The notes beneath the pieces are model-generated. The model searched no databases. It was given only the letters and a program-made list of their open reading frames with translations, and was not told the DNA's origin. 64,000 nt of DNA from Octopus sinensis (lineage: Eukaryota): contig NC_043005.1 of assembly GCF_006345805.1 (NCBI RefSeq), positions 2,604,001-2,668,000 of the forward strand. The letters are read 5' to 3'. Each line of letters starts with the position of its first letter. The first letter of the stretch is position 1. The translations under genes and the position numbers were made by a program. Below, one piece after another: positions 1 through 13,367 of this stretch.

Positions 1-360
1 TGCAGCGGGGTTGGGGTTCTGAAGAGTGTATAAAGAGAATTGATTCTCTCACCTTGTTGTTTAAACACACCTGATCATACTTCATCTCTTTCGTTCTTTA
101 TTTGATTTCGTTTTCCTTTCTCTTCATTCTCCCTCCTCTTCCTTCCCCTATCCTATTCTTCCCCTATCCTCCATATTCTATTTTCTGTCCTTGTTATTCC
201 TGCCATTCTTAGTCAGCCAATTCCGAACTCCTTTAATTTTTTTCCTTTTCATTTCTTCTTTTTCCAGTTTCTTTTCTTCTTTTTTTAAAAATTTCTTTCT
301 TTCTTTCTTTCAATCGCCGGTTGATTCTTTATATTTCTTTTCATTCTTATTTTTTTATTG

Positions 361-690
361 CATGTATGTATGTGTATATGTGTATGTGTATGTGGATATA
401 TGCCTGTATGTATGATTGTATGTTTGTATGTATGTACATAGGTATGTATGTATGTATGTATGTATGTATGTATGAATGAATGTGTATATATGTATGTGTG
501 TATGCTTGTATGTATGTACGTACGTACGTATGTATGTATGTATGTATGTATATATGTATGTATGTATGTGTGTGTATGTACGTATTTATATATGTACGTA
601 CGTACATGTATGTATGTATGTATGAATGTATGTAAGTATGTATGTATGTATGTATGTATGTATGTATATATGTATGTATGTATGTGTGTT
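361..690. repeat. (TATG)n-type microsatellite
   Basis: Direct tandem repeat; explains the MYVC/YIHT pseudo-ORFs. Confidence 0.97.
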
Positions 691-1250
691 GTGTCAGGTC
701 ACTTTCGAGTGCTACTGGTAAGATGTAATCCAGTACGACTTGTTGCATGGTCTGGTCGTTGGCGACTAAACTGGCAACCCCACCAAGCTTGCTTGGTGAA
801 GAGGGTGTTTATTGGACACCCTGCGGGATGAAAAACAAAACCCGTCAGAGGGCGGAGGAACTCTTGAGAGTCAACGGCCATCCAATAAATGTCTTAAGGC
901 TGTATCATGCGCGGAGACATAGAAATAATCGGACTGAATACCCGATCACGCGGTTAAACCATTGGGAGTGAAGGACTCCTAGCTTTTGTTAGGGCATCCT
1001 TCTAGGAGAAGATAACTCAGGTAACTGGGATAACTCCGACATAAAACCTGCGGCTCAGTGGTTACCGATGATGTTGACTTGTTCTTCTTTTCGGATTATG
1101 GCTGCTGTTGCTTAGTGAGTGGTATTGACTCAGTGCACAGCCTTTCCTCACTTTAAAAAAAAAATCTTCTTGCACAGGCATTGCACGATAACAACATTGA
1201 TTAAGCTTCGTGCAATGGTCATACTCGATAACGAGGGGGAAGCCACCATG
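691..1250 (+). mobile_element. Non-autonomous RTE-related retroelement (copy 1), flanked by (TATG)n
   Basis: Near-identical copy at 54366-54865 and 3' tail copy at 50994-51045; shares the motif catggtc-ggtc-t-gg-gactaaac with the 5'UTR of the RTE LINE at 33099-33125; no coding capacity. Confidence 0.7.
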
Positions 1251-1639
1251 TATGTATGTATGTATGTATGTATGTATGTATCTATGTGTGTATGTATGTA
1301 TGTGCAGAATTTGTATGTTTTATGTATGTATTCTCGTGCATATAGTTGCATATCTAGACATGCTCATATATATTTAAATGATAAACGTCTGGAAAGTTTT
1401 ACAGATTTTAAATATTTTTAGAATAAATTTTGACCGGCCAAAACTTGGCAACAAGAAAACATCTTGGTTTGTTCGTCATCCTTTAAATCTTAAAAAGGTC
1501 TTACAGCTTTTTATGGTCCCAGACATTGTAATCATTTGTATGAATTAAGGATTTGCGTTCTCTCCCCAAGAACCCGAATTCAACCATACTTTGCACCAAA
1601 TGGATCGGCATGTATCCTGTTGCTCCGATAATAATGAGC

Positions 1640-1880
1640 TGAAATACAGACTAGACATCACAGCAGAAAGTGATAAGTGTAGAATCTGTGGACAAAACAG
1701 TGAATCCATATGGCGTATTAGCAGCCAATGTACGCCACAAACCCAGAAGGGATTGAGAAAGAAAACAAACTATGCTGGATCACAGATATTGCACGCCCAG
1801 CTGACATCAAGGTGTGCGATAAAGAAGAAAGAAAAGTCGAGAGATATGACAGGTTAGCTTGGGAAGTTAAGCAGTTGTAT
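1640..1880 (+). mobile_element. Decayed Dong/R4-type LINE fragment (zinc knuckle to REL endonuclease)
   Basis: KYRLDITAESDKCRICGQNSESIWRISSQC closely matches KYRIDNTVESDKCRICGQTGESTWHITSQC of the copy at 43208-43525. Confidence 0.8.
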
Positions 1881-2423
1881 TGATAGTCTGTATAATGAGC
1901 TGAAAGTCTTATCTTGGATAATGGATTTACAAATTACTTATTAATGGTCCACGAATGCACTCTTTCTATTGCATTTTTCTAATGAAGACTATATATGTAT
2001 TGATATATGTATGTATGAATGTATGTATGCATGCATATTTATATGTTTGTTTGTATGCAGGCTGTAACATCGACCAATCTCCCTGTCACGCAATACTCGA
2101 CGCAAAATAACAATAAACACTATTTAACAACATGAATATAAATATTTATTCGGAATAAATCAGGAGTAAATAACATCTGTTATGCAAAACAATATATATA
2201 TAATGTGTGTGCATATGTAAAGATATGCATATATGTTTGTGTGTGTTTGTGTGTGCGCGCGCGTGTGTATGAGAATGTGTGTGTGTGGATATATATATAT
2301 ATATATATATACATACGTTTTATTTGTGCGTTATCAAGTCTACCAACGATTTCAGGTAAAGATCTGTAAACAATTTTTTCAAGCCTGTCACGTGCGAACG
2401 TTGGTACTCGTCTCCATTTTAGC

Positions 2424-2495
<72 letters not shown>

Positions 2496-2549
2496 TGTGT
2501 GTGTGTGTGTGTGTCTGTGTGTGCATTATATATATATATATATATATAT

Positions 2550-2607
<58 letters not shown>

Positions 2608-2759
2608 ATATATTATATATTATATATATATATATATATTACATACATACATACATGCATTCATGCACATACATACATACAGACAGACAGACATATATAT
2701 ATACATGCATGCATACATACATACACTATACACACGTAACCCAATCGACAAAGGTTATA

Positions 2760-3348
2760 TAAAACTAGTTCCATCCGATACCAATTTTGGGTTATTTTCA
2801 GTCTGGAAAATCCTGGCTGTCTGCATTTCTTCAGTAAAAACGAAAAGCTGCTTAGCACAGATCGACCTAAGAATTTGTCGCGCATGCGCACTAAGCGATA
2901 ACGTTCTAGCTGAATTCTGTTGTTTATAGCAGTACTAGGAAGGAATAGGCGTAGAGCGCGGTCGTCTCAAAACGAAGATCGGTTTTCAGCTGCGCATGAT
3001 TTCCCTGACTCTGTCGCAGAAGACGAAAGCTTTTTGAAACTGGTCATAACAGGTGACGAATCGTGGGTCCATGGCTATGACCCCGAAACCAGGTTTCAGT
3101 CTTCGCAGTACAAGACTTCAACAAGATTTCAAGACGTCGAGGAAATCCACGGGAATTCGACAAGGTAGCTGCTCGCTATCCCAAAACAAGGTGTTCCGGG
3201 AATGCTTCCATAAATGGTAACGACGCTGGATAAAGAGGGTGGTTTCAGAAAGGGGATCACTTCGAGTGGGGATTAAATGCCGGGTTGATATGTGTTGTAA
3301 TATTTCTTTTTATAGCATCAGTCCCGATACTTTTTGATCAGACCTCAT
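2760..3348 (+). mobile_element. Internally deleted mariner transposon relic
   Basis: FLKLVITGDESWVHGYDPET (first catalytic D motif of mariner transposases); right TIR-like tactttttgatcagacctcata ending in TA. Confidence 0.8.
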
Positions 3349-3631
3349 ATATAATAGATGCATGCATACATATATACATACATGCATACATACACACACA
3401 CAGATATATATATATATATATGCAAATATATACATATATATACATATATATACATATATATACATATATAGATACATATATACACACATATATACATGTA
3501 TATATGCATATATATATATACATATATATGCACATATATATATATGCATACATATATACATATATATGCAAACATATATATATATATACACACGCACATA
3601 TATATATATATATGCATACATATACATACAT

Positions 3632-3682
<51 letters not shown>

Positions 3683-3982
3683 ACATACGTATATATACGT
3701 ATATGCATACATAATTACATACATATGTATGTATATGCACATATGTGTGTGTTTATTTATCGTGTGTAGATGAAATATATGTACGTACATATATACACAC
3801 TAATACGACTGACTACCCAGAATATAAAGTATATATTTTGGCAGATAAAATTTTAGTCTCCTCACCTCTCCCCACACACCACACCACACATACACATACT
3901 TACATACACACAGATATATACACACGTGTGTGTGTGCGTGCATGTATATGAATGCATACAATAGATAGACAAACAAAAAGAC

Positions 3983-4061
<79 letters not shown>

Positions 4062-4301
4062 TGTATATTACCTGTTCCTCCATCAAGTTTCCATAATAAC
4101 CAACTTCAAACCAAAATATCAATCGTCGGAACCCTGGAAAACAGATGATGTTATCCCGGACCCATTGATATTCGGTTCGAACCCAAATATTAGGGAACTC
4201 AGGATATTTCAATGGAACTGCAGCGTTTTTTTTAAATAAATACACAGATATATTCATGTGAATGTATGTGGTTGCATATACACATTGATATGCATATATA
4301 T

Positions 4302-4332
<31 letters not shown>

Positions 4333-4825
4333 CGCGCTTGTCTGCATTCGTAAATAAATCTCTCTAATACAGTTTATGAAAATCTCTGTTGCTGTTCCGT
4401 ATGAAGAAGTCGATGGCAGCAAGAAGCCCTGCAATAACAACTGAAACAACATCAGCAACGATAAGAAGAACAACGACTTAAAAGAATAACGGCTGCAACA
4501 ACAGCAACAACAATAAATTCCATGTGACTTGTTAATGTTATTTAGCCCTTGGCCAATCCTGATGGGGTAGAAGATGTCATTGATCTTCCTCTGTGTGGGT
4601 CGCAGGAAAAGTGAAATTATTGAGTCAGTGGTCGGCAGACAGTTTTAGGAGGGAATCCATCGCGTTCAGAGCTCGAATCCTGCTCATGGTTGACCTTTCC
4701 TTTCATACTTTTGGTGTTAATGAAATAATGTACCAGCTGTATTTTGATATAATCGATATAATCGATAGCGCCTTTTCATAAAATATGGCGTGATATCAAT
4801 GTCAGAAATCGATATCATGTGTAGA

Positions 4826-5010
4826 GCTGAGGCGGTGAACTGGCAGATACGTTAGCACATCGGGCAAAATGCTTAGCGGCATTTCGTCTGTCTTGACGTT
4901 CTGAGTTCAAATACCGCCAAGGTCGACTTTACCTTTCGTTCTTTCGAACTCGGTAAAATAAGTACCCGTTGAGCACTGGGGTCGATGTCATCGACTTGCC
5001 CCCACCCACA
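4826..5010 (+). mobile_element. tRNA-derived SINE, family A (aggcggcgagctggcag... head)
   Basis: Similar to the young copy at 45853-46088; A/B-box-like head (gagttcaaat). Confidence 0.8.
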
Positions 5011-5385
5011 TATTGAAACCAATATTATTTGTGGATCGATGGTAGGCGATGTAAGGGGTAAAGTAAGACACTGTTTCATTATTCCCCCTTTATGCCATGA
5101 ATTTACTTCCCACTAAACTTAACTTGGTCCTTCCTAGATATCAGTCATATCCTGGGGCAGACTTAATCCACTATATATTACCCCTTGAAATGCTTGGCTT
5201 TTAGAAACCGATGTTGGTTTTGTTAGCGTTTCAAAAAGAGCGTCGCTGGTTCAAATTTCGCTAGTGCTGATTTTCTTTTTCACCTCCCTTGTGTCTATAA
5301 GTAGTACCAGTCATGTACTGCGGTTAAAACTATACATTACAGCCGTTCTCACCAAAATATTTACCCCTTGTACTTTTCTCTCCCT

Positions 5386-5443
<58 letters not shown>

Positions 5444-5630
5444 CCTCATAAGTCATTGCAATATACACGTCAGCAATGTGAGATGACTTTTACAAGAGCA
5501 TCATCAACTTATTATTACCAGACATTATAAAATAACGTCCACTGCTGTTTCAATAGTACCTGTAATATATTGAGGACATTCAAATACAAACATGGCTGCC
5601 GTTGCTTTTGTAATGTTGTCAGTGTTACTA

Positions 5631-5662
<32 letters not shown>

Positions 5663-5968
5663 GGTACTGCAGCTGCCTCTTTTGTTGTTGTTGTTCTTAT
5701 TGTTGTTGTTTGTCGTATTTGATGTCGCTGTTATATACACATAGTTTACATAGAAATTCGATATCCAATACTCATGGCGGAAGTGTCGGCGTTTCACGTT
5801 TACAGTTTTCTTGTTGGTGTTCTTGTTGTTGTAGTAGTCTCCATCATTTGCTGCATCTTAAGTGCTCGAAGAAGTTGTAATAGTGCCATCCACTCTTCCG
5901 ACTGAAAAAAAACAACAACGACATCATCAACAACACAACAACAACAACAACACAACAACAACAACAAC

Positions 5969-5969
<1 letters not shown>

Positions 5970-6027
<58 letters not shown>
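5970..6027. repeat. (AAT)n tract at the 5' flank of the Dong-like LINE
   Basis: Direct tandem repeat. Confidence 0.97.
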
Positions 6028-6028
<1 letters not shown>

Positions 6029-9000
6029 CTATGCTATCAACAAAAAGAATACAGACGAATACAGATCTGCTAGCCTTAAGAAGCTGCGCTACGAACAATG
6101 TTTACGTGCAGAGAATCCTAAACTGACAGATCCGTCTCTTAATGTAAGAGTCGAAGCTCGTCATGCTTCAATGTCAACAAAACAACCTACAATCCGCGAT
6201 GGTCATTGAGCGGACTACAAAAGACCACGTACCCGAAAATTGAACCAAAGTCTGATTGAAAAATCAGCTACTGGTTCAAATCTTCCCGACACACAGGAGC
6301 TGGACGTACCCCGCAACTGGAATATTCCAACAGATGGCCATCCATGCTCATACCAAACACTCAAAAGAAAAAGAAGGAAAAATGGACTAGGGAAGATAAT
6401 AAAGAAGTTCTTGCGGCCTTCTATCATGCCATATATTTCCCCACAGATAAATCGAACACTATACAAACATACTTAAACTGGAGACAGAAACACCCTGAAG
6501 CAAGACCCTACATAGACAGTAACAAACTTGCCAACGTCAGAAGATACATTATAAAAAAAAAATTACTGACTGAAGTAGAGATTGACCAAATTAAACAAGC
6601 AGTAACGGATAAAATGAACGAAGCTGCAGTTAAAGAAGATAATACAGAGGGAATAATTATAGACCAGCCCAGGGATGATAAAAACGAAGTAAGGATTGAA
6701 AGAGTTAGTATAAGTGATAGGCAAAGTGAAATACTCCCTGAACTAATCATAAACACTAAGACAGATGAACATCAAATAGATGAAGAAATTCACACAAATG
6801 TTGACCCAACAAAACTATATGAGATAAAATGTCAAATCATGATTGAATGGCTGAAAATTAAAGAAACCAGCATGGATGAATGCGATACACTCCCTAAAAT
6901 TCGCAACTCTAACCAAAACATGAAAATAATTGGTAAAATCCGGCTTGCACTTAAGGATATAATGTCAGCTAATGATGTTGATATCACCGATCTCAACCAC
7001 CTGTACTACGCGTCCGCGAAAACCTCAACGATTCTATGTAGTGAAAAGATTAGAAAACGGCAACATTCCCACAAAAAGCCTTCTTGGCAAGAGCGTATCC
7101 AACGACAAATTAAACTATTTAGGTCTGACAATGAATATTTGAAAAACCTTAAGGTTGACAAGACTACCAAACCTACAAAAACCCAAAAACTAATGAAAAA
7201 ATATAATATGAAAACTATACTTGATATTGATGCCACCATAGAAACCATCAAGCAAAAGGTATCTGCTAAAGCTGCCCACATAGCTAGGTATGAAAAGCGT
7301 GTTAGATTCTTCAAAGACAACATGTTCAAAAATAACCCCAAAAACTTTTACAGGAAGATAGGCAAAACACCAGTAAAGTCAGTACCATCAAAAGAAGAAG
7401 TGCAGGGATTTTGGAATAAAATTTGGGCAGAAGACAAAACACACAACGAAAAGGCCCCCTGGATTGATAGAATATCTACAGAACTGGACTCCTTAGAAGA
7501 GCAAAAGTGGGAGGGTGTCAAGGTAGAAGATATAAGATCTGTTCTCAGGAGGTCAAGCAAATGGAAGTGTCCAGGAAAGGATAAAATCCCGAACTTCTGG
7601 TTGAATATCTTCCCAGAGAGCCATGAACTGCTAACAGAACTTTACAATGATGTTTTGCAACACCCTAGTAGGATGCCTCCTTGGCTAGTTAATAGGTTAA
7701 CATTCCTGCTTCCAAAAAGTGAAGAAACAAATGAACCAAAAAACTATAGACCCATAACCTGCTTAACAACTATGTATAAAACGCTAACATCTGTCCTGAC
7801 GGAATATACCTATAGTTTTTTAACAGACAGCAGCATATTCCCTAATGAACAGAAAGGATGTAAACGTGGATCCTACGGTTGTAAAGATCAACTACTCGTC
7901 AATATAATGATCTTAGAAGATTGTCACAAACGACACAAAAACTTATCAATAGCCTGGATCGACTATAAAAAGGCGTTTGATAGCCTAACACATAACTGGA
8001 TAAAGAAATGCCTAGAAATGTACAAAATAGCGCCTACTCTGCGAAACTTTTTGTCTGTAAGTATGAGATCATGGAGAACCACACTAACTTTGAACAGTGA
8101 CAATGAATCTCTAAATGCTGGTGATGTAAAAATTTCATGTGGCATTTTCCAGGGCGACTCACTATCACCACTCCTCTTTTGTTTTGCCTTAATACTCTCT
8201 CAAAACTGCTCAATGACTCGCAGTACGGATATAAATTGTTTGATAAAAATATAAATCATCTCATTTACATGGATGATTTAAAGCTCTTTGCAAAAAATGA
8301 CCAACAACTCAAGGGCTTACTAGTGATTGTTAAACAATTCAGTGATGACATCAGAATGCAATTTGGCCTCGATAAATGTGCAAAGGAAAAATGACAGAAA
8401 CATCTAACGTTAACCTTGACCAGCAGAATGTCATAAAAGAATTAGACCCAGCGGAGAGCTACAAGTACCTAGGGGTAATTGAAGGGGACGGAATAAGGCA
8501 TTCAGAGATGAAGGAAAGGATCAGGAGAGAATGTTATCGCAGAGTAAGAGCAATACTCAAGACAGAGCTAAATGCGAGAAACAGGATCGAAGCGATCAAT
8601 GCTTTAGCCATACCAGTCGTGACTTACAGTTTCAATATCGTTAACTGGTCAATTACTGAAATATGTAATCTTGACAGAAAAATACGAAAACTGTTGACAA
8701 TGCATAGAATGCACCACCCTAAGGCAGATATAGAACGACTTTATCTGCCAAGAAAAGAGGGAGGCTGTGGACTTTTACAACTGGCAATAACAATGAATAT
8801 TGCTACAATTGGCCTAGACACCTACCTGAAAAACTCTGAGGACTGGATGTTAAAACTTGTCTCAAAACATGAAAACCAGAAAGCACCAGTAACAAAACAG
8901 GCAAAGGAATATCTAAGTGAATTCCGAATACAACAAATTTCGGAATTAGACATACAAGAAACAAGCACAGAAAAAGCTAAACGCATGAAAGCCCGTGCTA

Positions 9001-10018
9001 AAACTGCTGCCTTAGATATTCTGAATGATAAATGGCAAGAAAAACCTCTCTATGGCAAATACCCAAAGAGAGCGAATAATGCAGATGTTGATAAAACCCT
9101 GACCCATCAATGGCTAATGACCTCTGGCTTAAAATCTGAAACAGAAGGGTTTCTCATAGCAGCTCAAGATCAATGCCTACCAACAAGAAACCGTTCTGCA
9201 CGCACTCGTGCAGTGTCCAACAATTTCCGACCTGTGGCCAACGTATTAAAGAACGCAGTAGCCCAACATGTCGTGTATATCAACAACAAAATAAAACCAT
9301 TGATCATGTTGTCTCCAAATGCAGTCTTCTAGCGCCTACAGAGTATCTCAACAGGCATGATAGAGCTGCACAATATATTCACTGGGTAATCTGCAAAAAC
9401 CTGGATTTTCCCCATGAAAAAAACTGGTGGGAACACAAACCACCTCCAGTGCTTGAAAATGACTACATCTCACTCCTCTGGAACTTAACCTTTCAAACTG
9501 ACAGACAAATAGATTCAAATAGGCCAGACATCATATTGAAAGACTTCAAACAAAGAACATGCCTCCTCATTGATATGACTGTCCCAATCGATATAAACGT
9601 ATCTGTCAAGACCTACCATGAACTGAGCAAATATAAAGATCTTGAAATAGAAATCAGCAAAATGTGGAACCTGAAGACTAAAACAATACCTGTTGTCATA
9701 GGTGCCCAGGGAATGATAGCGAAAGGGGCTGATTGCTACCTAACTCAGATACCAGGAAACCCCAAAATGGCAGAAATTCAAAAAATAGTGCTCATGGGAA
9801 CTGCTCATATCCTACGCAAAATACTTTCTATGTAATCTCAAGTTTTAAAACAAACATACTTTTTTTTTTGACATTCACTAGTACCACACTAAATACAAAA
9901 CCAAATATATGGCACACTAGGCATAACAACAACGTGAACTTCCAACCTGTTGTCTCTTGAGGTCTCTGGGTGAGACTTGGAGCCAACTTGTACAAATATA
10001 AAGCAAAAGTCAAACATA

Positions 10019-10019
<1 letters not shown>
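6028..10019 (+). mobile_element. Near full-length Dong/R4-clade non-LTR retrotransposon (RT, CCHC knuckle, restriction-like endonuclease), frameshifted
   Basis: ORF pieces 6344-8254, 8137-8394, 8376-9332 and 9173-9835 carry [41 protein letters not shown] and RPDIILKDFKQRTCLLIDMTVP; (AAT)n on both sides. Confidence 0.93.
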
Positions 10020-10080
<61 letters not shown>

Positions 10081-10100
10081 TAATAATAATAATAATAATT

Positions 10101-10152
<52 letters not shown>
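10020..10152. repeat. (AAT)n tract at the 3' flank of the Dong-like LINE
   Basis: Direct tandem repeat. Confidence 0.97.
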
Positions 10153-10155
<3 letters not shown>

Positions 10156-10189
10156 TTAAATCCCATAATAAGTGGTACAGGCACCATTC

Positions 10190-10715
10190 AGAGGATGTAG
10201 TAAATGGTGAGGGCATCACCATCCTTTAGAACTTCCCAATACAAACAGAAGGAAAAAGTTGACTTCAATCGACCAGACATTGTGATCAAGGACTACAACA
10301 GATGAACTTGTCTGTTAATAGATATATCTGTTCAACAAGATCAAGAAGTCTCAAGAAAACGAATACGAAAAGCTTTGTTACTATAAAGATCTGCAAATTG
10401 AAATCACAAACATGTGGAAGCTTAGGACTACAATAATACCAGTAGTAATTGGTGCGTTGCGAATGCTAAAGAAGGGAGCTGAGAAGTATAATTAGCAACT
10501 GCCTGGTAACTTCAAATCTCCGTGAACTACAAAAGATAACCTTGATGGGTAAAGTCCATAGACTACGGAAAGCACTCTCCATCTAAAATGGAATAAATGC
10601 GGTGATAATTTTAGCATGCATAGCAAAACAAAAGTGTCCTTGCTACTTTTGGCCTTCGGAGGATGTCCGGTACTAAGGCAGCTAAAATAAAGTTATAATG
10701 ATAAGAGACCATTAA
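10190..10715 (+). mobile_element. 5'-truncated Dong/R4-type LINE 3' end (REL domain), ending in (AAT)n
   Basis: aatcgaccagacattgtgatcaaggac (NRPDIVIKD) and ataccagtagtaattggtgcg (IPVVIGA) parallel 9520-9720. Confidence 0.8.
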
Positions 10716-10899
10716 TAATAATAATAATAATAATATAATGCCCTAATGTATGAAAACAAAATTCATCTCCGTGCGATTTGAACTCGGAATTCACAGAACT
10801 GAGAAAAAGACGAGCTTTCGTCCAACGGATCTTACAGTTCCGCCAATTCATCGTCTATTGCTTGTAATTCTAATATTTAGTGGGCACTCATAAAATTTA

Positions 10900-11330
10900 G
10901 TTATTTTTTGGCCTAGGATTGGCCCAGTCCATGTTTAATAGCACCAGCTGATAGGATCTATTAAGAGATTTTTAAGTCAAGCTTCGTGGTATCATGGCCC
11001 ATTCAAGTTGGGGGTTGTTGACTGAAATGTATCCCAGTATAGGTGACTTATCAGAGATTCCTTGAAGAAATGTGTCCAAATATCGTTTGAAGGTCATAGG
11101 ATCTTTTTCTTCTTCCATCTGTTTTTGGGATAATGTTAAATAAAGCAGGGCCTGTTGAGGAAAAGTAATTGTGTCGCAGTGAATTTATATGTTGTGAGCC
11201 TGAATTGGGTAGGAGACGTATGGTACATGGGCCTCACCTTGGATGAATTCTGAATCTAATGTTAAGGTGTGGTACATTCTCCACATTGTGCAAATGATGT
11301 AGCGCTCACGGCGGCGCTGGAGCGAATAAT
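10900..11330 (-). mobile_element. Decayed CR1-type LINE 3' fragment
   Basis: Minus-strand YSLQRRRERYIICTMW...GPALFNIIPK resembles the CR1 copy at 58811-59479 (FSLERRRERY...GPQLFNILPK). Confidence 0.7.
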
Positions 11331-11883
11331 ATTTTTTTTTTAAACTGATGACATTCGATAATGTATCCCGAGATACACTATTCCTAAAAGCAAAGATAGC
11401 TTAATAACAATTTGAAACATCTTTGATCACAGATCTGCACAATCAGGACAACACAACGAAATGAAAATATTCTGTAAGTCTTAAGTGTACAGGACGAGGC
11501 GTCGGGAACAGAAAGTTTACCATTTCTATCATCATCCGTGGTAAAGCATTAGAAGGCTCTGTTTTTGCCTGTGCTGCGCTTAAACAGGCAAACTGCTGCA
11601 CTCTAGGCGCTGGGAAGGGGACAAACAACAGAAATGGCAAACAAGTGTGTTGATCTGTAATCGATGGAGTGATCGCATGGAATGCCGAGATTCAAGTTCC
11701 ACCGCTGAACCACTTCTTTATTTCTAGCAACAACGAACTTTTATACGGTGACTCAATCTGCTAGAAATAACAGCCTACCGCTTTATAAAATGGCAGGACA
11801 GCAAAATAATGTTTGGGATACAATTTCTGGTAATAAGACGTGATGGTCTTGTTTGGAACACATTTGATCATAGGTCTACTAGA

Positions 11884-11947
11884 TCAGGAGGCTGAACAAC
11901 AACCTCCATGGTACAAATGTTCTTCTCCAAGAAAGATCGCAGACGAA
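11884..11947 (-). CDS. DKK3-like: Dickkopf-3-like protein, probable last coding exon (S)SSAIFLGEEHLYHGGCCSAS*
   Basis: Strong acceptor tttttatttcag 112 nt after the exon-3 donor; the phase-2 join gives a frame supplying the terminal CRD2 Cys and a TGA at 11886-11884. The sequence is not itself recognisable, so the assignment is tentative. Confidence 0.5.
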
Positions 11948-12059
11948 CTGAAATAAAAATGAACGACCAAAAATGGGGAATTTGGCATTTTTCTAATTTT
12001 TATCTTATTTACTTATTGTATTTCATTAGAAAAAAGTTGGGTTTTTTGGGGTTTTTTAC

Positions 12060-12261
12060 CTTGTTGATTTAGTTTTCGAGGTGGTTCTGCAGTGAAGTCC
12101 ATCTAAACACGGACATACTTGGTTCAAACTGTAATCTAATCCTCCTTTAGGGACATAACATTTCTGACCAATCTTCAGTTTCGGTTGGCAAATTCTTTCG
12201 CCATGTCTTCGAGCACAACACATACTGGAATCGCAATCTTTATCTGTCTGGCACCGTGCCC
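12060..12261 (-). CDS. DKK3-like: Dickkopf-3-like protein exon 3: colipase/prokineticin-fold CRD2
   Basis: Acceptor ttctcttttttacag, donor AAG|GTAAAA; translates GARCQTDKDCDSSMCCARRHGERICQPKLKIGQKCYVPKGGLDYSLNQVCPCLDGLHCRTTSKTKST, the Dkk CRD2 pattern C-x5-C-x4-CC...C...C...CPC-xxGL-xC. Phase 1 matches the exon-2 donor. Not shown in the ORF track. Confidence 0.93.
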
Positions 12262-12297
12262 CTGTAAAAAAGAGAAAAAATTAAAACGTTATTGCTC

Positions 12298-12690
12298 GCA
12301 GTGCAGCGGGGCTGTGTGGTAAGAAGATTGCTTCCAACCACTTGGTTCCAGGTACAATCCTACTGTGTGGCACCTTGGGCAAACGTCTTCTATATAACCG
12401 ATAAAGATTTGTGAAAGGATTTGGTGAACAGAAACTGAAAAAAGCCCGTCCAATATATATGTATATATCTGTATGTGTGTGTGTGTGTGTTTGACCCCCA
12501 CCACCGTTTGACGCCCGCTGTAGGTGTGTTTACATCCCCGTAACGTAGCCGTTTGGCAAGACAGACCGATAGAATAAGTACCAGACTATAAAAGCATAAC
12601 TACTGAGGTCAACTGATTCGATTAAAAATCCTTCAAGGCAGTGCTCCAGCATGGCCGCAGTCTAATAACTGAAGCAAGACAAAGATAAAA
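12298..12690 (+). mobile_element. tRNA-derived SINE, family B (gctgtgtggtaag... head)
   Basis: Similar to 22576-23005 and 46810-47190. Confidence 0.85.
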
Positions 12691-13367
12691 GATATATGTA
12701 TGATTGTGAGCACGCGCGTGTGTGTGCACGTGCTAAAGAAATATTTGTAAAGGTTACAGTGAACCTATTCCTTAGAATGGACTTTGCTGCTATTTGAGGG
12801 CGTCTGTAGGCCGACATATAAAACGTTAGATAGATATTTTGCTGATTTTTCATGCGACAAGAATTAAAGGACTAATGAGAAATTATGCGTTGAATAATGA
12901 AGATGAGATGATTTGTAGGAAATTGTTAATATTATTGGTTTTACTCCCATTACGGAATATTGGCTCCAAATTTTGGCACAAGGCCAGCAATTTCGGGTGG
13001 AGTGAGGGTTGAGTCGATTACATTAACCACAGGGCTCACCTGGTACTTATTTTATCGACCTCAAAATGATGAAAGGCGAAAACATAAGGACAGACGAAGA
13101 AAGCGTAATACGTTCGTTGGCTGGAACTGCCAACCTCTTGGTTAACAGCCGAACGCAGAAACCTATTGCTCCACAGAGACCACACATCCATTACGGATGA
13201 AGTAATGGTGAGCGGAACCGCGATGAAATTGTAGAATATTATATACAGATTGCAAACAGAGAATAGGCATTAGAAGAAAAAAAATCAACATGGCCTCGAT
13301 TGAATGAAACCCAAGAAAATAATATATTTGTTAATAAATAAATAAATAAACGTATTAAGGTAAATAC

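Noticed and set aside
691-775. Possible HDV-like ribozyme at the 5' end of the RTE-related element (GGUCACU/GGUGACU P1-like pairing)
   Set aside because: I could not place P1.1, P3 or J4/2 correctly; the Dong 5' end (6028-6340) gave no convincing fold either.
11443-11640. 65-aa ORF as a Dkk terminal exon
   Set aside because: The best acceptor gives an immediate stop in phase 2; no family motif.
11860-11947. Alternative last-exon frame RLRSFLEKNICTMEVVVQPPDLVDL* with a single Cys
   Set aside because: It needs a phase-1 join, but the canonical donor at 12060 is phase 2; possible only with a 1-nt assembly error.
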